From the NCBI GenBank assembly GCA_900617105.1, contig UYFQ01000311.1, forward strand, positions 1-64,000: DNA of 64,000 bases, read 5' to 3'. Source of the DNA: Hydrurus foetidus (Eukaryota). Positions within the stretch are counted from its first letter, which is position 1. Each line of letters opens with the position of its first letter. This document shows, in pieces, positions 1 through 11,900 of this stretch. Below the pieces are notes generated by a model. It saw only the letters and a program-made list of their open reading frames with translations. It made no database searches and was not told where the DNA came from. Made by a program: the position numbers and the translations under genes.

Positions 1-900
1 GATCTCTTCAGGTGCAAGAGAGTCTATGGGCTTAGACCAGGGCCTAATGATGTCACCAGGATCTGGGGAGCATAGTAGCGCAGATAACATGGTGTATTGA
101 TTTTCGACCCGGTCGTCAGCGAAGACGTGACCAAGGCGGGGATGTGCGAGAATGTTTGTTACTGTTCCATCTTCGAGCGCAAGTAGGTGAATGTGAGTGC
201 TGGCACTGTTGCACATCACATCTTTGCGTCCAAGATAGTCTGCACTGCATTCTTGCAGTTTCTGTTTCGCTTTTAGTACGTCCTCTTGATTGTGTTGAAG
301 ACGAAGCTTACTTATTGCTTTTGTATCTTCTGTTAAATTTGTTCCTAGATCATTGGTGATTGATAACTGGCGTGCTGTTAGGACAGAATCAGCGAATAGG
401 TCGTAGAATGGACCGATGAGATCAATCAAACCAATGATAATGTCATGACTTAGGATGTCAAGGACGCTGTACCAGAGGCGATGTTGATGATTGTTGTTGG
501 TGGAATCCAGGATACCGACAGTGAGTGGAACTTCAAGTTGAATTGACAGGAAGCGAGCATCGCCGAGGCGAACAATTTTATCGATTGGACGACTGAGGTC
601 AGTAACACTTGGAGGTAGGCTGTCGTATAGTTCTCTGGAGATGAAGTTGCTTCCCTGTGCGCCAGTATCAAGTAAACCACGACTGAAAGGCATCAGACCA
701 GTGTTAGTTACAATGGTACCAGAACGAATGAAGGGTTGACATAGAGTTTGTGACGTAGTAGATGTCGCAGATGCTAGCTGGTTGAGCAGTGCTTGCGTTA
801 GGATTTTGTCCGGGTCAAAGATTGTCGGATGCGGATAGTCATTAGAGGAGGCGAGGTGATCTTCGATATGCATTTCGGCAAAGGAAGGCCTCGCAAAATC
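1..900 (-). CDS. pol: Gypsy-1 pol N-terminus (aspartic protease), partial
   Basis: Manual translation is open from 900 to 1: DFARPSFAEMHIEDHL...RGLLDTGAQGSNF...HDIIIGLIDLIGPFYD...PWSKPIDSLAPEEI. Same frame as gag, directly after the TAG at 903-901. Confidence 0.92.
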
Positions 901-2614
901 CTATTTCTGATTTGGACGTGTCGAGGTGGACGGATAAGTAGGCTTTATGACTCCACGGAAGTTCGTAGAGCTGGTGGTTTTAAAGCTTTGTGAGTTGTTT
1001 GTTTTCAAGTTGCTACTTGGTTCTTGTTTTGGCGAAGACCATGGCTCGAGCTGTCCATGCTGTTGGAGCTCACGTTTGGCAAGTAGTGTAAATGATTGAA
1101 TGCAGCGTTCTTGACCTGCAGTTGAATGGTCGAAGGTGCAACCAGAACTCTGGCGTGTGCATCTACCGTAGACAAATGCTTCGCTGCAAAATCCACGAAA
1201 TGTGGCAGAAACAGCTGAGCGTGAACGATGCTGATCTGTACTGATTGCAAGAAGTGAATCCTCAGTAGATATTTCCGCGTTCGCGTCATTTGAAAGATCT
1301 AGATCTTCAGCCGAGTATGTAGGCGCATTTTCATCTTCTGTGTCCTCATCATTTTCATTGTCATGTGTGGATGACATCTGTTGGGTAGAGAGCTCGATTG
1401 ATGCAAAGTTGGACTGCAGTCGTTGGTCATGTCTGCGTGGAGTGGTGAATTGCGGACGGTTAGGTGCTGAGATCTGCTGGCGTGTATAGGATTCGCCTTG
1501 AGTGTAGCGTAAATCTTCATAGCGTATAGGAGTGAGCTTTGCATCAAAGTCTTGACGAGACTCGCTTTGGACGCGGCCTTCCATGAGCCTGGCTCTGATG
1601 AACTTGACTGATGATTCTAAAGTCTTGTGTTTAACCAGTTCGTCCTTACTAAGCCACTGTAAGATTGAGTCTTTTTGTGTGCCCAAGGAGATGAGCCATA
1701 AGGCAATTTGGCCAGGGCTGTCCCTAGTTCCATAGGCTTGGACCGGTATCTTTGATTTGTTCGTGCTATGGTTGGAGGTTTCCTCGGACATAAGATCATG
1801 TAGGTGATGTAAGTCGGTCAGTGACTTCATTAATGGGGCGTAAAACGTACTGGAGAAGTTCTCGGTGGTTATGGATGGGGCTTGTGGGATTCCTTTGCCG
1901 AGAAATAGGATGAGTTCTTTCGAGTAGAGTTCTTTCGTGCGTGGCCTCGCAGCCTCTACCAGGACAGCTTGGACTTCCGAATTTGATAGAGATAGCCAAT
2001 CTTCTACCATAATTTCGTTGGATTCAAGGCCAGTTATGAGAGATTCTCGATAACGATGGGAATTCCACGATGCTACGACGTGTGGACGTAGGTTGTAGGA
2101 AACCATGTGAGCCATTTTAATTTCGCGGCCAGGATATTTAGAAGATAGTAGTTGAAGTTGTCGAGCTAAGTACTGAAGACCTTCAAGTGAACTGACTTTG
2201 AGTTCCTTGTCGTATACAATATCGGCTTGAAGCACTTGTATGTTCGATTTGAACGGCGTATCTGCGAGGAGCGTATCCGTGAGCTGTGGGGTTGATGGAA
2301 GTTGAGATATGCCGAAGAACATTGAAGATCTTCTGCTGCCACGAGATCTAACGTGGATAAGGAGTCTCCATGCTTTCCGAGCCCATTGGAGACTGAGTGC
2401 TAGATCTGTTAATTGCTTTGATTGCCTCTTTCAATTCGTTGATGTCGGCGCGGTTGCTAGCCTGAGTTTGATTGCTCGATATCAAGAATTGGGAAAACAT
2501 TTCCTTGAGCTCAAGAATTGCATTTTCTGTCTGATCTTCTTTTAAGCCCTCGATCTTCTTCTTTGCTTCTTCCTTCTTCAAGTCTTGAGTTTGGATTCCC
2601 TTTCCTTCCGACAT
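901..2614 (-). CDS. gag: Gypsy-1 gag with C-terminal CCCH-type zinc finger; one 1-nt frameshift near 2350
   Basis: ORFs 2348-2689 and 901-2322 join (ETPY..VRSRGSRRSSMFFG, matching ESPYEDRSKGNRRSTIFFG of copy 2) if one base is removed. Likely ATG at 2614 (MSEGKG). Motif CSEAFVYGRCTRQSSGCTFDH. Confidence 0.85.
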
Positions 2615-2815
2615 TGTTTGAAAGAGAAAGGAGATGTAGACCTCTTCTTCTCGGAGTGGCTTTGCGAACGTATTGGATTTAGACTTCACTTACCTCAGAG
2701 ATTCTGAATCTCGCTGAGCCAGGGCGTTCACTGCTTTCTGGCGTGTAAGAAACAAATCAACTGAGGGGAGTCGATTGTAATAAACGTTGTCTCGTGTTTA
2801 CTAGAAATATATATT

Positions 2816-3145
2816 TATGCTGTGTCACGGCTTCGACGAACTGGTCGAAGATGAAACGTTAATTGTCCAGTTGGGCAGATTGGCGCAACTGGGGATCTTG
2901 TCAGACGAATTGGACTGAGCAAGGGATTTGGCTGACTCAAAGGAGTCGAAGTTGGTTTTGGGTTTTCAGTAACGTTAGTTAATAAGATGTGAAAGAAGTG
3001 TGAGATTAGCTACGATGGAGTATGTCTCGAGTTGAAGTTGTCGAACAGTCAGAAACCGAAAACTGGTCCGAAAAACTAGTGGCTACGAGTGACGTGCGTT
3101 GTGTATGTACATACGTGTGATTGATATGAAGTAACGAATGTAACA
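2816..3145 (-). repeat. 5' LTR of Gypsy-1 (~330 bp)
   Basis: Same termini as the copy-2 LTRs (+ strand TATGCTGT...TAACA) and shared internal blocks (gagttgaagt, agaaacc.aaaactggt, tacgtgt). Confidence 0.85.
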
Positions 3146-4643
3146 AAGGGGAGTGTTATGCCATGATGATGGCCACTTCGGTCCCGGCCGCAGACGTGCC
3201 GGCTAATTCTGTTGTGCTGATACCTTTGGACGCACCACTGGCGGACCAGGTGCTGGACTTCACCTTCCTTGCAGGGTGAAAGTCCATGTTTTTCCAGGTG
3301 CATGAAAAGCCACAGCCCCGGATGACATATGGTCACTGCTCCAACTTCTCCGCGGGTACTGTGGATCGGCCCATACCGATCGGGACTCTCTTGAAGTTCC
3401 CGTCAATGGGTCACTACGTAGTGGCTCAACCGCGTCTGCTGCAAGCTTTGAAGGCGTCTTTAGAGCCTGCGGGGGGAGGTGTGACAGGGGCAGAATCAGC
3501 GAAACGCCCTTGTCTTCGCCCACTGGAGGGGGGGGTGAGCAGGGTGAAGACACGACAGGCAAAACGAAAGGTATGTCTATCGTAGACTTAGATGGGGGAG
3601 AGCATCCCACACGCAATAAGACCGATCTGATACAACGAGAGAGGGACTTGGGGTGCACATATCGCGCTATGGATGCGGCGAAGCACCACTATAGTATTCG
3701 GGCTGATGTCACCTTACAACCGGATCACTATCGAGGGATGCTGTTCGAGCAGGGGGCCACCCAAACCATCGACAGACACCCCGCATTTATCTCCTGCGGT
3801 CATATGAACCGGATCGAGAATCTACCGGTTCTCGGCGAGATTGGTAAACTTAAACTGTTACTCGTGGGTTCAGTCCTCACCGACGATGGCGAACCCACGC
3901 TGCTCTTCGAGGACTTTGTCTCGGGGGAAAAAATCTCGAGCAAGCCATCGCCATGCCCGTCCAACAACGCGGGCTTGGTGATGGCTTTGAAGAATGTGCA
4001 AATGGTCCTGCAAGTCTGCTTCTCGGATGTTTTTGGGACAGCGCTGGACAATTTTATCGATAAGCTGGAAGGAGTTTGCAGGCCCATGGAGTTGGTGCCA
4101 GCAGACTTCTTGAAATACTCCGTCCAGTTGAGCCTCAAGCGATTCTTTCGCGAGGTTTCAACGGTGAGAGGCCCGGCTTTGCAAGCTGGCCTCTCATTAA
4201 AGACCCCTGAGCTCTGCGCATCGCATCTCGCGGCGATTTTTGGTAAGCTGGCAACGGATCTTGCAGATCATCCATGGATGGTAATGAGAGAAGCTTACTT
4301 CCGTCTGCGCGTTGTTCGACCTTTGGTCTCTTTCTCAGCTGAGAAGACGCCGAATAAGAAGGAGGCGACAGCCAGCAAAGCGGAGAAGCAGACGGTAGCA
4401 ACCGTTACTCCGCTGGACGACAAGAAGGAGCTCAGTTCGCGGCCATGCGTCGGCCATCTGGGAAACCTACTTGGAGCGGTGAACAAGGACGGGCGCCCCT
4501 ATGCGTGCAAGTTTGGGAAGGAGTGTGCGTTCCGCCACCTGTCAGTAGAGGACAAATCTAAGCAACGTCTGCTAGATATTGTCGGCTCTCTGACAGCGAT
4601 ACCACGAGGGGACTTGACACGGGCGATTCTGAAGAGATCCTGA
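3146..4643 (+). pseudogene. YR-element ORF1 (gag-like, C-terminal CCCH-like finger), disrupted
   Basis: Coding-like frame starts at the Gypsy-1 LTR edge (GECYAMMMATSV...), has a TGA at 3277-3279 and a probable shift in the G-run near 3530 into ORF 3510-4643, which ends with C..CKFGKECAFRH. Confidence 0.7.
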
Positions 4644-4974
4644 CTTCCGGAGGCGGTGCCGCCTACTAATACAGGTGTGTATTACTGAACGCTAGAGCTT
4701 TTGTCGGGTCGATCTCCCGATCGGCAGCCTGTCATGTACTCATGTGCCTGCGTGTTGGCGATGAGTGTGCTGAACAGTGCTGTATTAGCGGCCTCGATTG
4801 ATTGTCATGGGGCCGCTGCCGAAAGTAGACAGTAAAACTGGTCGTTGACTGTCCTATGTTTAACACTGACGCATGCGGTCGCGAATGTATGACCCGCGGA
4901 AAAAGGGATCCAGGGGTGTCTGGACCCTCCGCATTCGATATAATTGATGCATATCGTCGCATGATACCCTTGTT

Positions 4975-7240
4975 TTGGGCTGTGTTTATCACGCGACCGT
5001 AGCATCGGGCATTACGCTGACGCACCTGAGTGCCATGCGATGCCCTTACCTGTATCCGTCATGTATGGAGACTCATCTCGCGACCTCATTGTTTTACGTA
5101 GTCGTGGAAAGCATGAGGCATATCAAGGCACCTTGTCCGGCCCAGCGAGAGTCGAGACCGGAAGTCCCGGGCGAGTTGGGGAGCGTTGAGGTAGTCGATC
5201 CTAATGGGACCGCACCCATGATCGACGCGTGGATTAGAGCGTGTTTCCCGGGTGGGTCCCCCACGAGCAAGGCGGGAATCGAAGAGTTGATAGCGGAGGC
5301 AGCGGAATCTGCCCGGAACGACTTCGGCGTTGAAGCAGCGAACGAGTGGGCGAACGGATATGTGTTCCTATCGGAGTTCGTAGACAGCGACGTCCGCTGT
5401 CTGCGGGCAGCTCAATTGGACTTCCGGAGCATGGTGGAGCGGCGATTGAAGATCTTATCGAAGGATCGCTTGAGTCACGCAAGCGTGAAGTCTCTAAGCC
5501 CGGAGAATCCTGAGCTGGTGCTGATGACTGATCTGGTTGAGGGGATGAGGGTTGCGATACCCGAGGGCTTTGTACCCAACGGTCTCCAGGCGCGGTCGCC
5601 GCTGCGCGCTTCATATGAGGCGGTGTCTAGTGCCGTGAATAAGATGTTAGGCGCAGTGATCGAACAGTGTTTGGCGTTCGTGTTACCATTGGAATTAGCT
5701 CAAGCCCATGTTCCTAATCTCCATTTGTGCAAAGCGCACTGGACGACGAAGAAAGGCAAGGCCTCCGGACGTCCCTTAGGGGACTTAAGTAATGTGGACG
5801 GGACCCCGCTCAACACGGACGCCACGGCCGACGCCGCCACCGCTTATTATGGCCCTATTAACCATCCGACCATAGAGGACATAGCCGTGATGGTCAACAA
5901 GTTTTGGGAGGGAGCCTCAGCACGTGACCCCACACTGCGGTATGAAGACCTTCGCCTGTGGAAGATGGACCTCAAGGGGGCGTACACCCTCCTGTCCTTC
6001 CGAGCGGAGCACGTCGGATTATTCGGAATGCTGCTCACGGACGACCTCTTCTACCTCCAACTCGCCGGCATCTTCGGCTGGTCGGGGACACCAGCGGCCT
6101 TTCAGGTGGTCACGCGAGCGATCGCGTGGGAGCTTCGGTCCCGCCTTCAAAGTCACACGGTCGTGTACGTGGATGACATCATCGGGATCGGCTTCGCGAA
6201 GGACATCACCGCTGACCTGGCACTGACGAGACACATCTGCACTGCCCTCCTCGGGTCCGGCGCAGTCGCGGACGACAAGACCGAAGTCAGCCGGCGCCTA
6301 GATGTTATAGGCTATGTCATAGACTTAGATACCGGTAGAGTGCTGATAAGTAAGAAAAATTTCTTAACAGCACTCCACGGTTTTCTTATCGCGGACACAA
6401 CGGCAAGGATCAACCTGAGGACCGCGCAACGTTTAGCCTCATGGAGCACCCGATATGGCAAGATATGCCGGGTGATGCGCCCCTTCTGCAGCGCCCTCTA
6501 CCGTTTGACATGGGGCCGGACGGACCCTCACGCGCTGTTCAGCCTGTCGGCAGAGGCGATTGTGGCAATCCAGTGTTGGCGGGCGATGCTATGCCTCGTA
6601 CGGCATAGAGAAACTGAGTTCACGCGCTCCATCGCGTGGTTCGCGCCAGAGACCCCGACGGTGGTGGCTGAGTTCGACTCATCACTTAGTGGAGCCGGCC
6701 TCATCTGGTACACCAGAGATAGCGACGCAGAGGTGGCGATGGGTGTCGGCGCCGCTGATCTCCTCTTCCTCGATTTCGGTGAAGACTCTTCATTCCAGAA
6801 CTTATCGGAGTTCCTGGGAGCGATTTCAGCTATACTAGGGCAAGTCGCACTTGGGTATCGGGGGAGGAGTGTGGCCCTCAGGGGTGACAGTGTCACTGCA
6901 CTGACTTGGGCCATAACTGAGAGGCCAAGAGGAGAGAGAGTGACAAAGGCTGCAATGGTGTTTACACTCCTTTGTATTGCAGCCGGTGTGGATGTGAGGG
7001 AGGTCACGCACATCGCAGGTACGGCGAACAAGAACTGCGACCGACTTTCGAGAAGGGGTCGCAAACCCGCCATGTCGATACTCGAGGAGGCGGAAGCGAT
7101 GGGAGTACGGGGAGTCAATGTCGTCGAGATCGACGGCGACGTGGACATCATAAACATTCTCAAGCTATGTGACCCTAGACGTGAGCTGCACTCTGAGAAG
7201 GACTTCATAGAGTTTTGGTCCGCAGCGAGGAACGCCAGCG
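4975..7240 (+). CDS. YR-element reverse transcriptase / RNase H (last ~20 codons at 14991-15049)
   Basis: RT motifs KMDLKGAY, GIFGWSGTPAAFQ, YVDD; RNase H motifs EFDSSLSGAG, NLSE, LRGDSVTAL, HIAGTANKNCDRLSR. True start codon uncertain. Confidence 0.93.
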
Positions 7241-7612
7241 TATGCTGTCCACGTAGCTTGGGAGAGCTGTAACGAGGGGCAGGTTTCTTGGATCAACTGC
7301 AATGGCTGTTGATCAGTCCACGAGAATCGCAGACTAGGATGAGCGGCTAACGGCCACAGATCGTCAGCAACAGAAATGTCGCTGGACAGGTGATGGGCTA
7401 CAGGTAGCCGGTTTGGGTTTGGTGTTTTGCTTAAGATTAAAGAGAAGTGAAAGGTGCATCGAATTAGCTAGCTGCGAGAGTTGCGAGTTGAAGTATTCGA
7501 GAAACCAAAAACTGGTGTGAAATACTTGTGGTTGTGAGCAACGTGTGCTATGTACGTGCGTACGTGTAAACATGATATATAGTGGAAACTATGAAATAGT
7601 GAAACTATAACA
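7241..7612 (-). repeat. 3' LTR of Gypsy-2 (372 bp)
   Basis: By eye identical to 14632-14986 except for a 17-nt insert (agtggaaactatgaaat) near the U3 end. Confidence 0.95.
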
Positions 7613-7625
7613 CCACCCTCCTTCC
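7613..7625 (-). promoter_or_regulatory. Polypurine tract of Gypsy-2
   Basis: The minus strand reads GGAAGGAGGGTGG immediately before the TGTTAT start of the 3' LTR. Confidence 0.8.
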
Positions 7626-7840
7626 GGCGAAAAAATATGCATTTGGTAATCTAGGAAATTAATAAATACGATTATGAGTTGCTACGTCTCAGTGAGTTCG
7701 CATACATTGTCGTATCGCTGTACAAGCTTAAGTTAGTGTAACAAGATGTTGGTAGTGTGTTCATGATGTCAGTGTTATTTTAAGTGAGTGTGTAGTGTTG
7801 AGTGTAGAACGGACGTATTTTTTTTTTTTTTTTAGTTCCG

Positions 7841-8050
7841 GGAAATTTCTGGGAATTTTTGGGAATTTCCGGAAATTTCGATTTTCGATTTCGGGAAATT
7901 TTGGGAATTTCCGGAAATTTCGATTTTCGATTTCGGGAAATTTTGGGAATTTCTGGAAATTTCGATTTTCGATTTCGGGAAATTTTGGGAATTTCTGGAA
8001 ATTTCGATTTTCGATTTCGGGAAATTTTGGGAATTTCTGGAAATTTCGAC
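7841..8050. repeat. 42-bp tandem array (4 full units plus partials) built of ~10-bp GG(G/A)AATTTYY subunits
   Basis: Unit ggaaatttcgattttcgatttcgggaaattttgggaatttcy starts at 7871, 7913, 7955, 7997 and 8039; a T-run at ~7817-7833 precedes it. Confidence 0.95.
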
Positions 8051-8132
8051 AGAACAGAATACAGTGTAGAAATAGAGATAGGAAAGCGCAATTTGAAACG
8101 CAACATCAGACAAAGTTCACAATACAATAACA

Positions 8133-8771
8133 ATGAACGACGAATTCAAGCCATCGAAAAATTTGTGCATGGTAGCCGCAATGGTGTTACCATTATCTGA
8201 TCAGCAACAGGAGTGGATCAGAATGGGTGGCGATGCAGGGAATGTGTTTAAGGCATCGCTAGGGTTAAGTGCGGATAACAAGTTATTATATGGATCGTCT
8301 GTGGAGAATGCAATCACTTTTTTGAAGTACGTGTGCATGGAGAACAAGAAGCGTGGAGTGAAGTTAAACTACGAGTTTCGGAGAGTTGCAGGGAGGTACG
8401 GTGAGGGCAGAAGATGGAATGTAAGTTCACTGAAGAAGACAGTAATGGCGCGCAAAGGCATTTATGTGATTTTTGGGAAGGCAAAGAGGACGAACAGTAT
8501 TCACAAGGCATTGTTGAAGAGGATTAGAAGTGCTGAATGCGTTGGGGATGAGCTGGAGATTTATAGCAAGGTAGCCAAAGGGATGAGCCGGAAGGATCAC
8601 GCAGTTAGTATTTGTAGTGATGGCGATGACATTAGACTGTTTGATAATGCGTGCACTAAGGGTAGCGTTGAGTTTAGCATGACTAACTTAGCAAACAAGA
8701 TGATTGATTTGACACATTGTTATTATTTTGATTTGTATAAGAAGGGAGGGCAAACAAAAGTAACTAAGTAG
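8133..8771 (+). CDS. Antisense cargo ORF of Gypsy-2; putative papain-fold cysteine peptidase (C12/H156/D171)
   Basis: Intact 212-aa ORF with ACAATG start context; motifs KNLCMVAA, KGIYVIFG, DHAVSI, IRLFDN. Confidence 0.6.
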   Translation: MNDEFKPSKNLCMVAAMVLPLSDQQQEWIRMGGDAGNVFKASLGLSADNKLLYGSSVENAITFLKYVCMENKKRGVKLNYEFRRVAGRYGEGRRWNVSSLKKTVMARKGIYVIFGKAKRTNSIHKALLKRIRSAECVGDELEIYSKVAKGMSRKDHAVSICSDGDDIRLFDNACTKGSVEFSMTNLANKMIDLTHCYYFDLYKKGGQTKVTK

Positions 8772-8941
8772 AGTTTGTTTTAGGGGGCAAACCCACATTT
8801 TTACGCCGTCCTCACATAATAGCTTTGGCTATGCTTACTTTGAGTTGGGAAAAGTGTGTACAAGCCTCAGACTTTGAGTCGGGAGTGGTTTAGCGCGGAC
8901 GGTTGGATGATCAGGTAAGAGGCTTTGTTTGTTGTTTTTGC

Positions 8942-11900
8942 TTAAGTTGAGAATTTATGTCTGAATTGATGAGGGATGTATTTCGTTCGGCCAATTTGAT
9001 GTAGGTATTTGTGGAGAGCAGCGACGCGGCGAAGTGAAGACCAGGGTTCCCAAGAGTCGGATTCAGAAGTGTAGCCTTGCCATCGGACGAGGAGCTCAAT
9101 TGACTTCAGGTTCGACCAATTGCCTCTGTGATTGACTATCGATTCGACAATGAATTCTTCTTGATCCAGAAGTCCTATGTATTTTGCTGATTCTTCTGTT
9201 CCAATATATGGCATTAACCGGTCAGTGTGGAAAACATGTTGGCTTTCTAGTTGGGTGTGCTGACAAGTGACATTGTTGCCAACTTGTTTTTGTACTGTAT
9301 AGGGTCCCAATAGTTTTGGAGTGAGTTTCGAAGTTCGAAACGATTTGTTGTGTTCTTTCGGATTCCATAGGATGAGATCGCCAGGTTGATAAGTGTTTTG
9401 TTGATCTGAAGGAGTAGGAGCTTGACGTTTGGTTCGCAGCTGATGTTGATATTCCAATGTTATCGCGCGCACAGTAGATAAGTTGATATCTAACTGCTTG
9501 ACGTATTCACCGTAGGAATGGCCTGGTGGCAGTGGTGGAGGGAGATTGAAACGAGAATGATCAGCAGTACCGAACTTCAGCTCAGTGGGTGATAGGCCAC
9601 CAAGCTCTGAGTTTGGTGTTGTAGAAAGGGCATGGTTGATAAGAGGTAAGACACTGTCAGACGCCCATTTGTGTGTGAGACGTTCATCATGAACTAAGCG
9701 TCGTAAATGGCCCATAAAGATTCCATTGACATGTTCGGTACCATTAGATTCGTGACGTCCTACTACGGAGATACGGTGCGGGATACCGAGCCATGAATTG
9801 AGTTGTTGGACAACTTGCGCAGTGAAGGCACTGCCAGGATCGGAGTACAAGGCATCATATGCACCGAAGGTGCAGTAGTGTTGGAATAGCACTGTTGCAA
9901 CGGTAGGAGCTGTATAGTTACGTACTGGATATGCACGTGGGAATTTTGTATCGTGCTCTACGACTAATATTAGTCCGATGTAACCGTCTTCGTCAGGTGG
10001 CGTAACAGAAACATGATCAATGCCGATGCACCGGGTGTGATGGAGTAGTGTCTCAGTCACTGAAGGAGATGACACTGTTGCAAATGGAATGCGATCTTTT
10101 TGGCATATAGGACAATTCGCGACAAGATCTTGGATTGTGCGGAGAGAGATACCATGACCAGGATAGCGTTGGCAGAGAGTAAGGTAGGTTCGTTTGGCAC
10201 CATGATGTAGTGATCGCTGACCATGAACCGATTGAAACATTTCTTGAAGAGTTGGTGCTGATTCCGTTGATGATAACGATGTAGGTTGGATAGACTGGGG
10301 ATACATGCGAGACAGCCAGTCAGCAACACTATTCTTTACACCGGGGATGTGTCGGATGTTGAAGACGTAGCTTTGAAGGAGGACACGCCAGCGTATAATT
10401 ATGGGCACAAGACTACTTTCCATCCAGACAAGATTGCGATGGTCTGTCTCGACAATGAATGGCTTGCCTGTTAAGTAGTATCCAAACTGTCGGATTGCGT
10501 AGTAGATAGCATATGCCTCCTTTTTGTAAGTATCCCAATTCACAGCAGCTCCAGAGTATTTGTGTGATGCAAATGCAATAGGCTGATGAATAATGTTACC
10601 AGACGAGTCTGTGAATTCTTGGAAAAGCACGGCTCCAACAGCAGCGTCGGAAGAATCAGACCTGATAATCCATGGGAGATCGTAGTCAGGAAAGTGCAGT
10701 GTAACAGAAGCTTGTATGGCAGTCTTGAAAGTTTCGAAGAGTGAACGGTAGTCTTTCGGCCAATTGTGCGACTTCCAGTCGAAGCCTGTTACGGTGCATT
10801 CGTACAAGTCGGATGCCCATGAAGCGTAGTTGGGAATATGAGTATGGAAGAAGTTGGCAGCGCCAAGAAAGCTTTGCATTTGCTTTTGTGTGGTCGGAAA
10901 GACAAGAGCATTGATTGCATCCTTGCGGGATTGCGAGAGGCTCCAGGTGCCTGGGTGTACCTCGTAACCGAAGAAAGTCACGTTAGTAGAACCAATCCAA
11001 GACTTTTTCATCTTGAGCACGAGGCCATGTAGACGGCAGCGGATAAGGGCGAGCTCTAATTTGCGCTCGGCATCCTTGTAGTCGGAGGCGAGAATGAGGA
11101 AGTTGTCGAAGATGACAATGATCCAGTCTTCGTAATCTGCGAAAACTCGTCGTACAATTGATTGTAGGATTCCTGATGCAGGACCAACACCTTCAGGAAG
11201 AAAGAGAGGTCGGTATAAGCCCCATGGTGTAGATACTGACAACAGGTTGGAACTGAATTCATCCAGTGGGATTTGGTGGAATGAATTTGTCATGTCGAGA
11301 TCAACGAAAACTTTCCAACCAGCAGCCTTTGCGAGGGACTGTTGTACATGTGGAATGGGTTCTTGCGATATCGTTATGAAAGAGTTGATAGGCCTGTAGT
11401 CACCGCAGAGGCGTATGAAAGGGGCGGTAGCTTTGGGGGCGACGACTAAGGGACAGGCAATGGGAGAGTTGGATTTGACGTAGAAGTAGGTTTTCATGCG
11501 CTCAAATTCTGTTTTAGCGTGTTGGTATAGGACATCGCGAATCGGACGAGTGTGAGCCTTCAAGTAGTCAGGCATGCCTGGCTTCGTGTCTAAATGGTAG
11601 GGATCCATGTGTATGCCTTTCCAGGTTTGAGGGACGAAGACATCGTATGCTAGCTCGGAAGTGAGGAGACGGATGATGTTTGGACAGGAAGCACGCATTT
11701 GAGGCATGACGTGAGTCTCAAGATCCTTATTGTATACAAGACGAGCTTCACTCATCGAGGTTGTCAACAACATGAGTATGTCGTCAGGGAAACTAGTTGG
11801 ATCGGGCGTCTCGGACTCTTCAGGTGCGATGTCATCGATTGGTTGTGACCAAGGCGGTAAGACAGCACCTGGTGTAGGTTGCCTTAACATTGTGGAAAGT

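Larger units (their letters stand above)
1..3145 (-). mobile_element. Ty3/Gypsy LTR retrotransposon copy 1 (5' part; runs off the left edge)
   Basis: 5' LTR 2816-3145, gag, and in-frame pol with protease motif LLDTGA. Proteins and LTR are clearly homologous to the complete element at 7241-14986. Confidence 0.93.

Noticed and set aside
6528..7208. Long antisense ORFs over the YR RT and Copia pol/gag
   Set aside because: Shadow frames of GC-rich coding sequence with no recognisable motifs.
7841..8050. CRISPR-like array or NF-kB sites (GGGAATTTCC)
   Set aside because: No unique spacers and a eukaryotic context; the kB match is incidental with no evidence for that pathway here.
7780..8200. ORFs spanning the 42-bp array on both strands
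   Set aside because: By-product of a stop-free repeat with unit length divisible by 3.
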